A stretch of DNA of 64,000 nt from Hyaloraphidium curvatum SAG 235-1 (taxonomy: Eukaryota > Fungi > Monoblepharomycota): NCBI GenBank assembly GCA_025558095.1, contig JAIVFI010000002.1, positions 744,001 through 808,000 on the forward strand. Reading direction: 5' to 3'. Position numbers and translations under genes: made by a program. The notes under the pieces were generated by a model. That model did not search any database. It worked only from the letters and a program-made list of their open reading frames with translations, and was not told where the DNA came from. Each line of letters begins with the position of its first letter. The first letter of the stretch is position 1. Below, in pieces: positions 1 through 11,562 of the stretch.

Positions 1-208
1 GATACATGCTCGACGAGCCTGGATCGAAATGTCAGGGCGTTCCTTCACGAAACATCGAGTTCGCCCACCCAAAAGAAGACAATTGGGAGACAAACTGCTT
101 CAGCATGGCAATGTTGCCGGCGTACAGTTCCTCGACCTCCCAAAGCTTCTCCCGCGTCACCGTGCTGAACCCAAACTCGGCCTCGTCCACGACGAACGGC
201 CGCTCCAT
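1..208 (-). CDS. Possible 5' end of an unidentified gene running off the window (MERPFVVDEAEFGFSTVTREKLWEVEELYAGN...)
   Basis: ATG at 208, open coding-like frame followed by a plausible GTGGGC...CAG intron; no recognisable motif. Confidence 0.3.
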
Positions 209-671
209 GGCTCCAAAATGTTCAACGAAAAGCCAAAACTCGCTTCCGAACTGCGCTCAACGGGCCCCGGGGCGCCAGGAGTCGCAAGTGGCCGCGAAAC
301 CGGTCGACGCGTCCGTTCGCCCCGTTGTCCGCGCTCTCCCCAGTGTCCGCCTCCTACAGAAGGGGTCTCTCGAGACTTCGCTGCAACGCAAAGACGTCTC
401 CCGGAACCGCACAGCTCCCGCCGCAGGTCTCGAATTCGTGAAGAGGTCCTCGGCCCCCAAACACTTCCATCAACCATGAGAGACTTCAGTCACACCTTTC
501 ACGCCTCACAGATTCGTTGCACGGCTACGAACTTCAATATCAAAAATCATGAATATAGCAGCTACATCCAATTGTTCCGCGGCCCCGCAGCTCACTTCAG
601 CGACTTCAACTTGTCCATGTTGAAGCTAGAAAAACCGTCAGCTTGAACCACGGATAAGCGGACGCATGACA

Positions 672-3600
672 TTACCCGGCCAGTATTGCCTGAAGCTTTC
701 GCGGATCAACCATGCCAGCGCCTAAGCGAGGCCCGCCCCCGGGAAGCACGGATTTAGGCGGCACCGGGAGCGTTGCAACGGCGGGAGTTGGGCCCCCGGG
801 AGCCGGCGGGGGCCCCGTATTCGACGGGGCCGTGACAGGAGTTATCTGCGCCTCTGGGTTCACCTCCAGGCTTTGCGCTTTGTCGGGTTGGGTGTCCGCG
901 GGAAGTTCCTTTGCAACAAATGCACCACGTTCCGCCTGCGGGTTGGCGCTCAAGTTCTGTCGGTGGCAATCGATGTAAGCTTCCGGTTCGGCGCATGGGA
1001 TTGCATGGCTTCCTGACCTCCTGACTGTCGGGTCCGGGAACCTTTTTGGTGCCGTTTGAATCTTTCCGTGTCAGGGTCACCTTCGTCTTCTTGCTCTGCG
1101 AATTCGAAACGACGTCGCTGTCGTTGACGGAGTCCACGGGATCCAAAGCTTTCCGTTTTCCGGCCTGCGGAGCACCTTTGTCCTTCGCCGGTCCCCTCTT
1201 GCGCCCTTCCTGCCCAGGTTTGCTTACGGGGACCTTCTTGAAAGAAATGATGCCGCCAACTGGGCTGGGGTCCAGCTCCATCTCCTCGTCCGCAGCAGGC
1301 GACTCCGCAGTATCGTTTGGTTTGGGCAGTGCAGGTCGAGCTCTTGGTTTTGCTGGGGGCTAGAAGGAAAGTGAGCCACGGACTCACTTCGTTGCAGCCG
1401 AGACGGACCTTTCGACGGACTGGCTCCTTGTCGGACGCGGCCCCGTCCGAGTTGGAACTGCTGCTCTCCGAAAGCTTGCGAGCCTTATCAGCCTTCCTCT
1501 TCCGCGGAGGCACAGGCTGCGAAGATCCGCCGTTTAGCACGCCAGCAAAGGGGTGCACCAAGCAGCTGCATTACCTTGGCGACAGCCGATGCCTGCTGCT
1601 TCAAATCCGATTCGAGGCTCTCCAAACGTTTCATGAGGTCCTCCTTCTCGGATTTCCAGCGCTCCTTGTCCGCCTTGCGTGCAGCTTTGATCTTGTCGAA
1701 CTCCTCCAACGCAGCTCGCGCCACGGCATCAACTTTGCCGTCCTCTTTGGATCCCTGCAACGCAATCGCACGCAGCTGCGACAGCTCGAGCGCCAGGCGG
1801 TCGCGCTCGGCGATCGCGGCCGAGAGGTCCGAACCGGCCTTCTTCTCCGAGGTGGAACGCTTCTCCAGCAGAGCTTCCCGCAGCTGCTTGATCTCGGCAT
1901 CGCGGTCTCCTTTCTGGTTTCGGAGCGATTCCAATTCCTTCTCCAGAGTCTGGTTATGCCGCTCGAGCGCTTTGACCTCGGCCTCGCGCTCGCGAAGAGC
2001 CACCTGGTTCTCCCTCTTGCCCATCTCCACATCCTTCTGAGCCGCCTTCCGGTCCAGCTCGAGCAGCTGAATCTGATGGCGCAGCTGCGCCGACGTGTCG
2101 GCGAGCTCCTTGTTAGCTGCACGCAGCTCCTCTTCCTTCTCAGCTGCCACGCGCAAGTTTTCGCTCCCGGTGGCCAGTTTTTGCTCCAAAAGCGCAATCT
2201 GTTGTTGGCTGCTTGCGGAAGCGTCGGCGAGGTCGGATGCACGTGCCTGACCGAAGCGGTGAGGCTGCTGCGGCAATGATAGCAGGCTCGATACGTACCT
2301 TCGCATCCTCGATCTGAGCTTTGAGCTGCACGATCTCGAGCTCCAACATTTCGGACCGATTGCGGGCAGCAACTGCCGAACAGTTTGTCAGCGACCTCCA
2401 ATGTCCATCGCGGTCGTCGGGATCAAACTCCACCTTCGCTGGTTTGCCAACGTCGCACCTCTTCGCCAAGATTTGCCACCTGCTCTCGCAGTCCATGAAT
2501 CTCCTGCTCCAGTTCGGACTCTTTCAGGGCCGATGTTCGCTGGAGCTGCCGGTAGGTTCAGCGATGTCGTCGAACCGGACGCTTGCCGTAGGTGAGCTAC
2601 CTGTTTCGTTGTCTCCAACAGTTGGTCCCGCTCGGCAGAGATATCCCCCAACTTCTTTGCGCTCGCCCGCGATTCCACGCCGAACGCTTTCTCTTTCTCG
2701 GCCAGATCTTGCGTCAAAGTCTCCTTCTCCGCGCTGAGCTTCTCCAACCGGGAACGAAGATCTTCCTCCGTTGCCGAGGCGGCAGCCCGAGCCTTGGCGA
2801 GCTCGTCTTCGATTCCGGCCGCTTTTACTTGAGCCTCCGAAAGGTCCACGCGCAGCTTCGACAAGCTCTGGATCACCTGTGGCAGGCGAGGATCCACCCC
2901 GTTTAAAGTCTATGCAAGCGGTGTTAGGGCGTGGATATCGATCCTGGAGACGACTTCTGACCTGGGGCAGCCGAATCTTCCGAAGACCCTCCGAAAAGAC
3001 GAGGCCATCCAAAAGGTCCAACTCGGGACCAGTGTGCACGGTCTGCACGTCCACGACGTACGTTGCCAGTGTGTTTCCAAAGAGGAACCGTCCGAAAAGC
3101 GATGCCAGAGCGTTCTCCGTGGGATATAGCGACCCTGAATACTTCGTCTGCGTGAAATGTCCGGCAGCAGTCCCTGAGGAGAATCGTCAGCCGGGCCAAC
3201 TGCTTGTGGTCCGAGAAACACTCACGGAACGCATGAACAAACTGGGAAATGTCTGCGGCAGTCGAATTGCTGGCACCACGGACGGCAGGATTGCCCCAAT
3301 CCGCCTGCAACTGCGTTAGCATGAACGCAAAGCAACCATTGTCCGTACCCACCAGAAGCAAGTAGCCGGTAGGGATAGCGGCGCTGGAGTGCTCGAAGGC
3401 GACGATGATCACGTATGGAAGCGACGAACCTGGAAGAGAAATGAGGGAACGCAAGCACTTGGGCGTTCGAATGCCGACCCTCCGAAACCTTGGCATCAAG
3501 CACCTCCAAACTCATCGGCTTCAACAAGGTGTTCAAGTCAATGTCTTGCTTGCCGTTCAGAGGGCGGTCGTTCATCAGGTTGATGAGCTTCGAATCCGTG

Positions 3601-4249
3601 CAGGCGACGTAGCTTCATGGGCGGTTAGGAAGTTCCAGTTGAAATCCGACATCATGGGCGTTTACCAGCAGGAGACGGAGATATCGCCGTTGTCCGCGGT
3701 GCTCTCCAGAGAGCGGGACACCGATCGGAGGATCGCAGAGAACAGGCCCTGCCTGGGAACGACGTCAGCTCCCAGCCATCTGAATCGGCAGCATGCGCTT
3801 GTACCTGTTGTACATAGAAGCTCTGTCGAGGCCGAAAGCGGTGACTGCGGCGTTGCCCCCTGTGGAACAGCCGGGCGTTGTGGCAACAGGACGCTTCCCC
3901 GAGCGCAAAGAAACCACCTTCGAGGACCCGCTTCCCGATTCCACCAATGGAAGAAAACTGGCAGACATCCTCGACCGCAACGGAGGTATCGTAAACGGCA
4001 TCAAAGTCCAGCTTCCTCCGACTGCGAATGACAGCTCAGATCCCGCTTCACGCTCTCTTCGCCCGTCCGGGCTGTCATGCCGGCAACGAACCTTGCCGAC
4101 TGATCCGCGTCGTCCCAGAGAGCAACGCTGTGGTCTCCCTCCTTCCGCAAAGAGAACCGGCCGCCGAGGCCTGAAGACGCCGGCTGTTGCCACGGCTTCT
4201 GCAGGTGCAGAAGCACCTTGGCATTCGCAATTGCAAGAGGAACCGCCAT
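672..4249 (-). CDS. Kinesin motor-homology domain protein (catalytic motifs degenerate) with long coiled coil and low-complexity tail; multi-exon
   Basis: Spliced model gives NAKVLLHLQKP, RKLDFDAVYD, VLEGGNAAVTAFG, GLFSAIL, ISVSCCYV, KLINLM, GYLLLADWG, YPTENALASLFGRFLFGNTLATYVV, LDGLVFSEGLRKI in kinesin order; E/K/L/A-rich heptad exons at 1488-2897. Confidence 0.6.
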
Positions 4250-4772
4250 TCCGGCAGCTGAGGCGCTCCTTCGAGCCGAGGCAGGGCGCGTCCGGCGCGG
4301 GTTCGGCGCCGCGTGACGCGGTTGTTGGCACCCGACCGCGCGACAGGTCCTTCTCGTGGGTGCCGGGAAAGCAAAGGAGCCCCGGCCGCAGAAACTGCCG
4401 GCGGTCCAAGCGCCGAGCTCCGAGTTTTCGAAGCCTAGCGACCCCGAGCGCCGTTCGGGTTGAGGCCTAATTCGAGTTTCGTGTTGGACTTCTCCAGCGG
4501 CGCCGCGAATCCCGCCCACCGTCACCGGCCCCCCATCGCGGACGGTGCGTCCTCACCGGCTGCCCGCATTTGCGGCAGCAAAAGGAAGAAGACATTTGGT
4601 TCTCCGTCGCCGCCTCGCGTGCATGCCGAATCCGGTGACCCGAGGGCGAATCGCGTGACCGCCGACCCACCGGAGCCGGGCCTGTGGACGCGCCCCCGTG
4701 GACCAGAGAGCCCTGTCCTGGCCGCTGCGATTGGAGTGACCGAATTCTGGACTTTCGCGGACCTTTGCGGGA

Positions 4773-7100
4773 ATGGTGCGCTGCAAAGTGCTCCAGTTCC
4801 TTTGGCACGAGAAGGAGCAGATCCTCTCGTGCGACTTTGAACCGGTCGGGAAGGGGCGCTTGGCCACGTCTGGAGGCGATAGCAACGTCAGGGTCCGTGG
4901 TGCCCGCCGCTGTTCACCGGACCGTCGTTACAAATCGCCGTGGCCGCAGATTTGGCACCTTTCGGCGGGCGGTGACGACCAGGGGCCGCGGTTGGAGTAC
5001 CTGGCGACTTTGTCGCGGCATGAAAAGGCCGTCAACGTCGTGAGATGGGCTCCCGGAGGTGAGACACCACTGCAGGACGCCGGAGCGACGGACGCTGACT
5101 TTCGCACCTTGAGGATCAATCTTGGCGTCCGCAGGAGATGGTCCGTGCAAGCTCTGCCGCTGTGCGAAGCCATGAATGACCTTAATCCGACCTTCGCACC
5201 TAGATGCCACGATCCTGCTTTGGAGGGAGGCTACGGACGGGGAGGAGGTGCGGACGGGTTTCGGAGAGGACGATGAGGGCTTCGACAAGGAGGTGTGGCG
5301 CATGCAAACGATTCTGAGGTAATGATTGTCGATGTTCGACCTCGTTTAGTCGATGCGAACGCGCCATCCGCTGCAGAGGCACTTTGGAGGACCCGTGCTC
5401 GGACATCTACGACATCGCGTGGTCTCCCGACGGACGCCACATAGTTTCCGGCTCGATCGATTACAAGACGAGGATTTGGGATGTTTCCGAAGGTTAGCTC
5501 GCTGCGAGTGATCTATGTCCGAAGCTGAAGCATTGCTTTGGCGTTTGCTCGCTCGCAGGGAAGTGCATACAGGTGGTGAAGGATCACAGTCATTTCGTGC
5601 AAGGAGTGGCCTGGGATCCGTTGGGAGAGTACATTGCAACGCAGAGCAGCGACAGGTTCTTGGCGTTGTTGCCTTCTCTTGGCATCTGCTCAGTCATTTT
5701 CGTAGGTCGATGACAGTTTACCGGTGCGAAACTCCGGCGCCGAAGAAACTGGTGTTCAAGCTGTTCGGAAAGCTGTCGAAAATGGCGCTGCCGAAGCAAG
5801 GAGCGGACGCCGATGCTGTTGTGGACGTCGTATCGACTGCGGATGTTGACGTTGTGCAGGAGGTCGGGGAGCGGCCGTCGTCGCCAACCCCAATGCTGGC
5901 CGCTTCCGCGAAGGGCAAGGAGGTCATCAGGAACGGCGTGGTCCCGATGGAGATCGTGGAGCCTGTGGCGGCGTCCGAATCTGGAGACGACCGATCACCT
6001 TCGGAGCTCCAGGAACCCGGTGACGCCGCGTCCGCGACGGCTGCGCCGTCAGCCCAACCTGCTTCTCGGGCGCCTCGCTTGGCTTTGGCGTACAAGATGT
6101 TTCACGACGACACCCTCAAATCCTTCTTTCGTCGCCTATCGTTCTCCCCTGACGGTGCCCTTCTGATTGCTCCCGCTGGCCTGCACAAGTCGGTGCGTGG
6201 AAAAGGGCATCCCTCTGACAGCGGGACCAGGGAGGACGTGGGCAAACCGGAAGCTACACGAAACACGGTCTACCTTTTTGCCCGCAGCGGCCTCAACAAG
6301 TGAGCATTGCCTTCCACTTGCAGCATTCAAACTCAATTTGTTGCAGAGGCCCCATAGCGCATTTGCCTGGCCACAAGAAACCTCCCGTCGCCGTCCGCTT
6401 CAATCCCGTTCCCTTTGCGCTCCGGGAAGCGCTGCCACAGACACCGGAGGAACCCAGCCACGATTTTCCGGCAAAGCACGACGATATCGTCGGCGCTACC
6501 CGGGCGTTGTTCCAGCTCAAGCACCGCTTCGTCTTCGCCGTTGCTACCACGGACACGGTCATGGTCTACGATACCCAACAGCAGCACCCGATCTGGTCGG
6601 CAGCGGATTTGCATTACGCGGCGATCACAGACGTTTGCTGGTTGGTACCGATCACGGTAGAAACTTGCGGAAGTCCGTAACCGTCTCGCACAGGTCGGGC
6701 GATGGCAGCAGCCTTCTTGTCTCGTCCGCCGACGGCTACTGCTCTGTAATGCATTTTGGAGACCAGGAACTTGGTCCACGCCTTGCTCCCCAGGACATCG
6801 AGAGCGCTGCGGCTGATGTGGTGAGAGCGGCGTCCACTTCTTCCTCGCGTTGCTGACTTCTTCGTCAAGCGGCAGACGGTGACACCTCCGGAATCCCCCA
6901 ACCTCGAAGCGATCGTTGTTGAAGATGACGCAGCGCAGAGCATTGCATTCGGTCAGAAGCGTCCGTCGGGGTCGGCCATGGAGGTGGATGAAGGCATGGG
7001 ACCGCCTCGAGGACCGCAAGCCGTCGATGTGGCACCCAGCGACGAGATACCCAGGGCGGAGAAGAAAAGGCGGATCGCGCCTACGTTGATATCATCCTGA
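4773..7100 (+). CDS. CAC2: Chromatin assembly factor 1 subunit B (WD40, CAF-1 p60)
   Basis: LQFLWHE..ILSCDF, RLATSGGDSNVR, EYLATLSRHEKAVNVVRWAP, DIYDIAWSPD, HSHFVQGVAWDPLGEYIATQSSDR, FFRRLSFSPDG, LHYAAITD, C-terminal KKRRIAPTLI. Confidence 0.93.
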
Positions 7101-7291
7101 TACTGTGAATAGGCTATGAGTGATGCAGTTCCAAGAACTTTCCGCCGGGGCGTTCAAAGGAAGTCTGTTGGGGGGCCCGCAACAAGAGCCACTGTGCATC
7201 CCACACGATGGCCCCACCGCCGAAAGCACGGGCGTCGGGTAAATTCGGCACTTCCAGTGGCGCCGGAAGATCCGATTCCGGAGGCGGCGGC

Positions 7292-9355
7292 ATGGATACG
7301 AAGCTTCTAGACTTCGAAGCGAACAAGTTGGCCCGGCTGTAACGGAGTTCCGCGTCCCTTTCCTGCTCACCGGAGGCTCCAATCTCGGATTTCGTAGGCT
7401 CATTAATTGCTATCTCGACTCCGACAATGCGCAGAACGCCGGCAATTGTTACGCCGAGCTCCGAGGTGCGTCGCCTTGACAGTTGCACGGCTGCCCTCTG
7501 GACCGCCCTTGCGCCGACAGGCCTTCCCCTCTTCGAGCAAGCTGTGTCTTCTTCTCCTGGAATCCCACTGTCGGTGCAGAAACGCGTGCAGCTGGCACTT
7601 TTCTGCCACGACGTCCTCGGGAAACACGAAGAGAGCAACCTGGCAGCCGCATGTCGCGCCTTTGAGGGCGACGATTTCCTCCCGGAGGGCGTTGAACGCC
7701 ACGATGGGACCTGGAGTTTGGCCTTGGATTTGCGCACCCAGGTCAGGAGTCTTCAAGCTCTGTTGCTGCCTGCGTCGCTGACGTTTTCGGAAAGGCCATG
7801 CTGCAGGCGATGAAGAGTGCCGAAGGGGGCCGCAATGGGGCAGCTAGCTTGGATGAAGTATGCCCGACGGATCTCGAGGACGTTTTGGAGCCCCAGAGCC
7901 CGGTCTCGACGCGGAGACGATTCGACTTCCTGCAAAAGGCGAAGGAGAGGAAGGACGAGGTGCGCCTTGCATTGACTAGCGGACCTATTGCAACCAACCT
8001 TTTATACCCGTGCAGTTTCAGGAGAATTCCGACTGGATCGCGCTGTCCCGCAAGTATGACTGGCTCACTTTCTCGAGAAGCATGCGAAACTATCTCAAGC
8101 AGTTGGCGCAGCAGTTCTCCACTCCGGATCTTCTTCCGGTGAACGCCGCACACGGAGACCACCCCAGACGCACGCTTATGCCCTTCTTTTGCAGGCGTCG
8201 CAGGCGTTTGTGGATTCTCTAGCCGTCGGAGCATGGTCGCCGGACACTCTCTCGAAAGCGCCGTCAACAGCGACGGAACGGCGCGACAATAGTGCAAAGT
8301 CTTCCTCTGCGGTGGCTCCGACGCTGGGTGCCCTGGCACCGAAACCCCCTTCACGCTCAAAGAGTCCGCTGCTGGAGAGAAAGGCGCCCTTTCAGCAGCA
8401 GACGCGAAGAGCCCCAGCAGGCGCCAAGAAGAAGGCGCGCGCACCATTCTCGGAGCTCCCGGACGAGGATCTCTTCCGACAACAAGAGGACGATTTCCTA
8501 CAGCTGTTGGCCGAGCTGAAGGATGAGGACTTTGGCGCAGCGAAGAAACCGGCTGTCGATCGCCCTGGGGGAGCCCGCAAACCTCTTGCATCTTCCAATG
8601 GTCCTGCAGCCCACCATCCGGCGGGCCCCGCAGGTGATCTTGGGACGACCAAGAGCCGCTTGGATCAGGGAATGTCGAACAAGCGACGTCGGCTTTCCTT
8701 CGAAGGCGATCTCGCCGACAAAGTCGCATGGGACAGCGACTCTGACGAGGAGACGAGCAGCAAGCGGCCGCGATTCGATGCAGGTGCCGGGATGCGAGGA
8801 CGAGCGCGCACTCCAGAGCACCAAGATACGGGGGCGGACGATGCCGCGGAGAGGCGTTCGCACAGGTCGAATTCGGTGTTTCAGATGAGTCCCATAAGGA
8901 TGCAACCCATATCGCCGCTCCGGGCGAAACGCGAAGAACCCAAGGGTTCAAAGGGCTCGAGGGCCGCAGCGGATTCGGTTGAGGGTGATGTGAAGGTTGT
9001 CAAGACCGCGAAGCGGCAGCGGAAGCCTTGGACGACCCAGGAACTTCAGGCTCTCGAGGAAGGGCTCGAAAAGTGCGGTTGGCGGCGTCGGCACATTTGC
9101 CCCATCTCATTCGGACCATTCGAACAGGTTCGGCACTTCGTGGGCGAAGATCGTCGACTTGTACGGGGCGGAGGGGACGATCAGCACCATCCTTCAGAAT
9201 CGCACGCAGGTAGTTGACACCCAGCCCTCTCTTTGTGCGCTCGCAAATCGCTTCTTCAGGTCGATCTGAAGGACAAGGCTAGGAACGAGAGGCACCGCCG
9301 CGAAAAGGCCAAGCTGCCCCTTGGGATTTTTGAGCTGGTTAAGGGGTACAACTGA
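7292..9355 (+). CDS. TBF1: Telomere-repeat-binding factor, Tbf1/TRF-like (TRFH-like domain plus telobox Myb)
   Basis: Myb RKPWTTQELQALEEGLEK..SWAKIV..NRTQVDLKDKARN (telobox); N-terminal LDLRTQA and YDWLTFSRSMRNYL resemble the fungal TRF dimerisation domain. Confidence 0.8.
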
Positions 9356-9402
9356 AATCCAGCATTCGTGTGGTATTGATGAGATACACAATTGCACTGG
9401 AA

Positions 9403-10630
9403 CTAGCCCGCTGTTTGGGAGCGGGGCGAATGTCAGAATGGTTCGGACCGCGCGTCATACCCCTTGCCGCCATCACCCACATCCATAGCCCTTCACCATG
9501 GCCCCGACCGTCCAGTCTGTTTGCAGCGAGTACGGTTCGCTGATGGTGACCCCGCCCTCGGTTATCTTGGCCAGCGTAATCTAGAGGCGGCTCAGACTCG
9601 CCACGGGTGGCCAACTTGGCGACCACCCACCTTGTTCAAACTCCGCGCATCGCGGTAGAACAGTACCCGCATGACCTTCTCGACCAGCTCCTTCGCCTCC
9701 TCCTCGGTCATGGTATCCTCCCGGCCCTCCACGGCTTTCCTAAGCAGCGGCTGCCCGATCATCGACCCGTACCCCGTCGCAATGGTCGATGATTGGAAGG
9801 TCGTGCCCCGGAGATCAACGTAGCCCAAGAATCTGGGAAGAGGCGGAGATGAGCGGCGTCCCGGAAGAGCACTGGAAACCCACTTCCTGCCGTCCTTCAC
9901 CCCGCCCACAACAAAGTAGTTCCACAGCGGGTCCACCTTGCTCCGCCGGGCGTACATGACCCTGCTCAGGTACTCGTAGATGTTCTCCGGGGCCAGCTTC
10001 GACCCGTCGTTCATGTAGAACTCCTCAGTCCTGCCCAAAGGCGCGTTCAAGCGGCGGGACGGCCCAAAAGACCGCTGTGCGCTCACATGAGCTCGCCAAA
10101 CAGGTGCTGCACGTATTGGAAATCCGAGATCTCCCCCGACGCCCCGATGACCGTGTTCTCTCCAACTTTCAGCAGCCTATTCGTATCCCTGAACCGTGCC
10201 ATGGAGCCGTAGGAAGCTGTGGGGGAGGGCGGGCGCTCTAGCTTTTGCAGATCCCGTCCCCGGGGGTTTCCTCACAAAGGGTGTCCGCTGCGATCATGAT
10301 CCCGTCCTTGTACTTGATCCCGACGACGGAGGTCCCCGTCATGATCGGAGATCTGCGTTGTAGAATACGGCAGACGCGTCGACAGGCATGCGACGAGATC
10401 GTGGCAGCCCCAGTCACTCCATGTCTCCAAGACCGCTCCAAAAGCACCACCCACGTCGTGTGCGTCTGCGGCATGGCGGACGCGTGTGCTTTGACGTGCG
10501 CACTCCCCAGCGCGTCCTATGACGCGCGTTCTCCGTCACGGAGTTCACGCGGCGGTGGGGACGCGCAACGCACCAGCGGATCCGGACCGGCGCCACGAGG
10601 CTCGCCCCATCTCGAAGGAAAGAAATCCAT
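9403..10630 (-). CDS. PRE4: 20S proteasome subunit beta-7
   Basis: MDFFPSRWGEPR, PIMTGTSVVGIKYKDGIMIAADTL, SYGSMARF, YARRSKVDPLWN, ATGYG, VLFYRDARSLNK; last exon uncertain (stop at 9473 or 9403). Confidence 0.95.
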
Positions 10631-10912
10631 GCTTCCCGAAGCAGCGCCGACGGGGCCACGGGTCGTGTGTGGATGAGGACGCGCTACTCTTTGTCTCAAC
10701 TCGCTGTCATCCAAGGGGTCGGCACTCCGCTGGCGCACAAACCCGTTCCCCGGCCCCTCACGCACAAACTAATCGGCATCAGCTGCTCCGCATCTATATT
10801 TAAGCTCAAGATATGCCTAGAATTAGGCCGTGAGGGGTGGGACCGGCGTTCCTGTGACTGCGGCGGCGCAGGGGGCCTAAATCCCCGCGTGCCCGTGTCC
10901 GTCCGGATGGAT

Positions 10913-10970
10913 GCCAAGTTCGCCAAAATCTGCGCCAAGTTCGCCAAAATCAGGGCCAAGTTCGCCAAAA
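10913..10970 (+). repeat. Three copies of GCCAAGTTCGCCAAAA(T), 21-bp period (left internal array of the transposon)
   Basis: Copies start at 10913, 10934, 10955. Confidence 0.95.
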
Positions 10971-11272
10971 AAAGGGCACAGAAACTAGGGATTCCGTACA
11001 AAGAGGTCCGCTGCGCGGCGCCGTCACTCAATTGTCTCAACTTATCAACGTACCTTGCAGCTTTTCAAGCTCGTGCTCGCTTTTCCTACGCCTTTTCTGC
11101 GACGATCAGCTTGCTCATATAGTCGGAAGTACGAGAAAGGTTCATCTTGAAGATCCCGAGCCTCTCTCGGTCAAAACACTCGTTGTCTAAGCGGAATGCG
11201 AGTGGAGGAACTACCTTCCGCTTTCCCTGGCCCCACCGATCCACTTGAGCCAGCGTCGTCGACCTCCCAGAC

Positions 11273-11328
11273 GCCAAGTTCGCCAAAATTTGAGCCAAGT
11301 TCGCCAAAATTGAGGCCAAGTTCGCCAA
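11273..11328 (+). repeat. Three copies of GCCAAGTTCGCCAA(AAT), 21-bp period (right internal array, same orientation)
   Basis: Copies start at 11273, 11294, 11315. Confidence 0.95.
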
Positions 11329-11562
11329 CTTTCCGGGCACGCACGGTTTTGGCTCCGCTGCGCGGCGCCAACTAATTTTTTTCTAATCCCACCCCCCGCA
11401 GCCTAATTCTAGGTATATCTCGAGCTTGAATATAGATGCGGAGCAGCTGATGCCGATTAGTTTGTGCGTGAGGGGCCGGGGAACGGGTTTGTGCGCCAGG
11501 GGAGTGCCGACCCCTTGCTGTCATCGCAGTGTGCACCCGCGAAAAGTTCCAACTCGCTACTC

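Larger units (their letters stand above)
10712..11517. mobile_element. Non-autonomous TIR DNA transposon (MITE-like; hAT or P superfamily), 806 bp
   Basis: 131-bp TIRs (10712-10842 and 11387-11517, 7 mismatches) beginning CAAGGGG, flanked by a perfect 8-bp duplication CTGTCATC (10704-10711 and 11518-11525); no transposase ORF. Confidence 0.92.

Noticed and set aside
480-650. AT-richer tract with several ACTTCA words as an ncRNA or element end
   Set aside because: Spacing is irregular and no TIR/TSD or recognisable RNA motif was found
10913-11328. GCCAAGTTCGCCAAAAT repeats as a CRISPR array
   Set aside because: Spacers are only 4 bp, there are three copies per cluster, the context is eukaryotic, no cas genes are present, and the repeats lie inside a TIR element
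10667-11371. ORFs with AKFAKI / LANLA repeats as proteins or a transposase
   Set aside because: They are translations of the DNA repeats; short, with no DDE, BED or THAP motif
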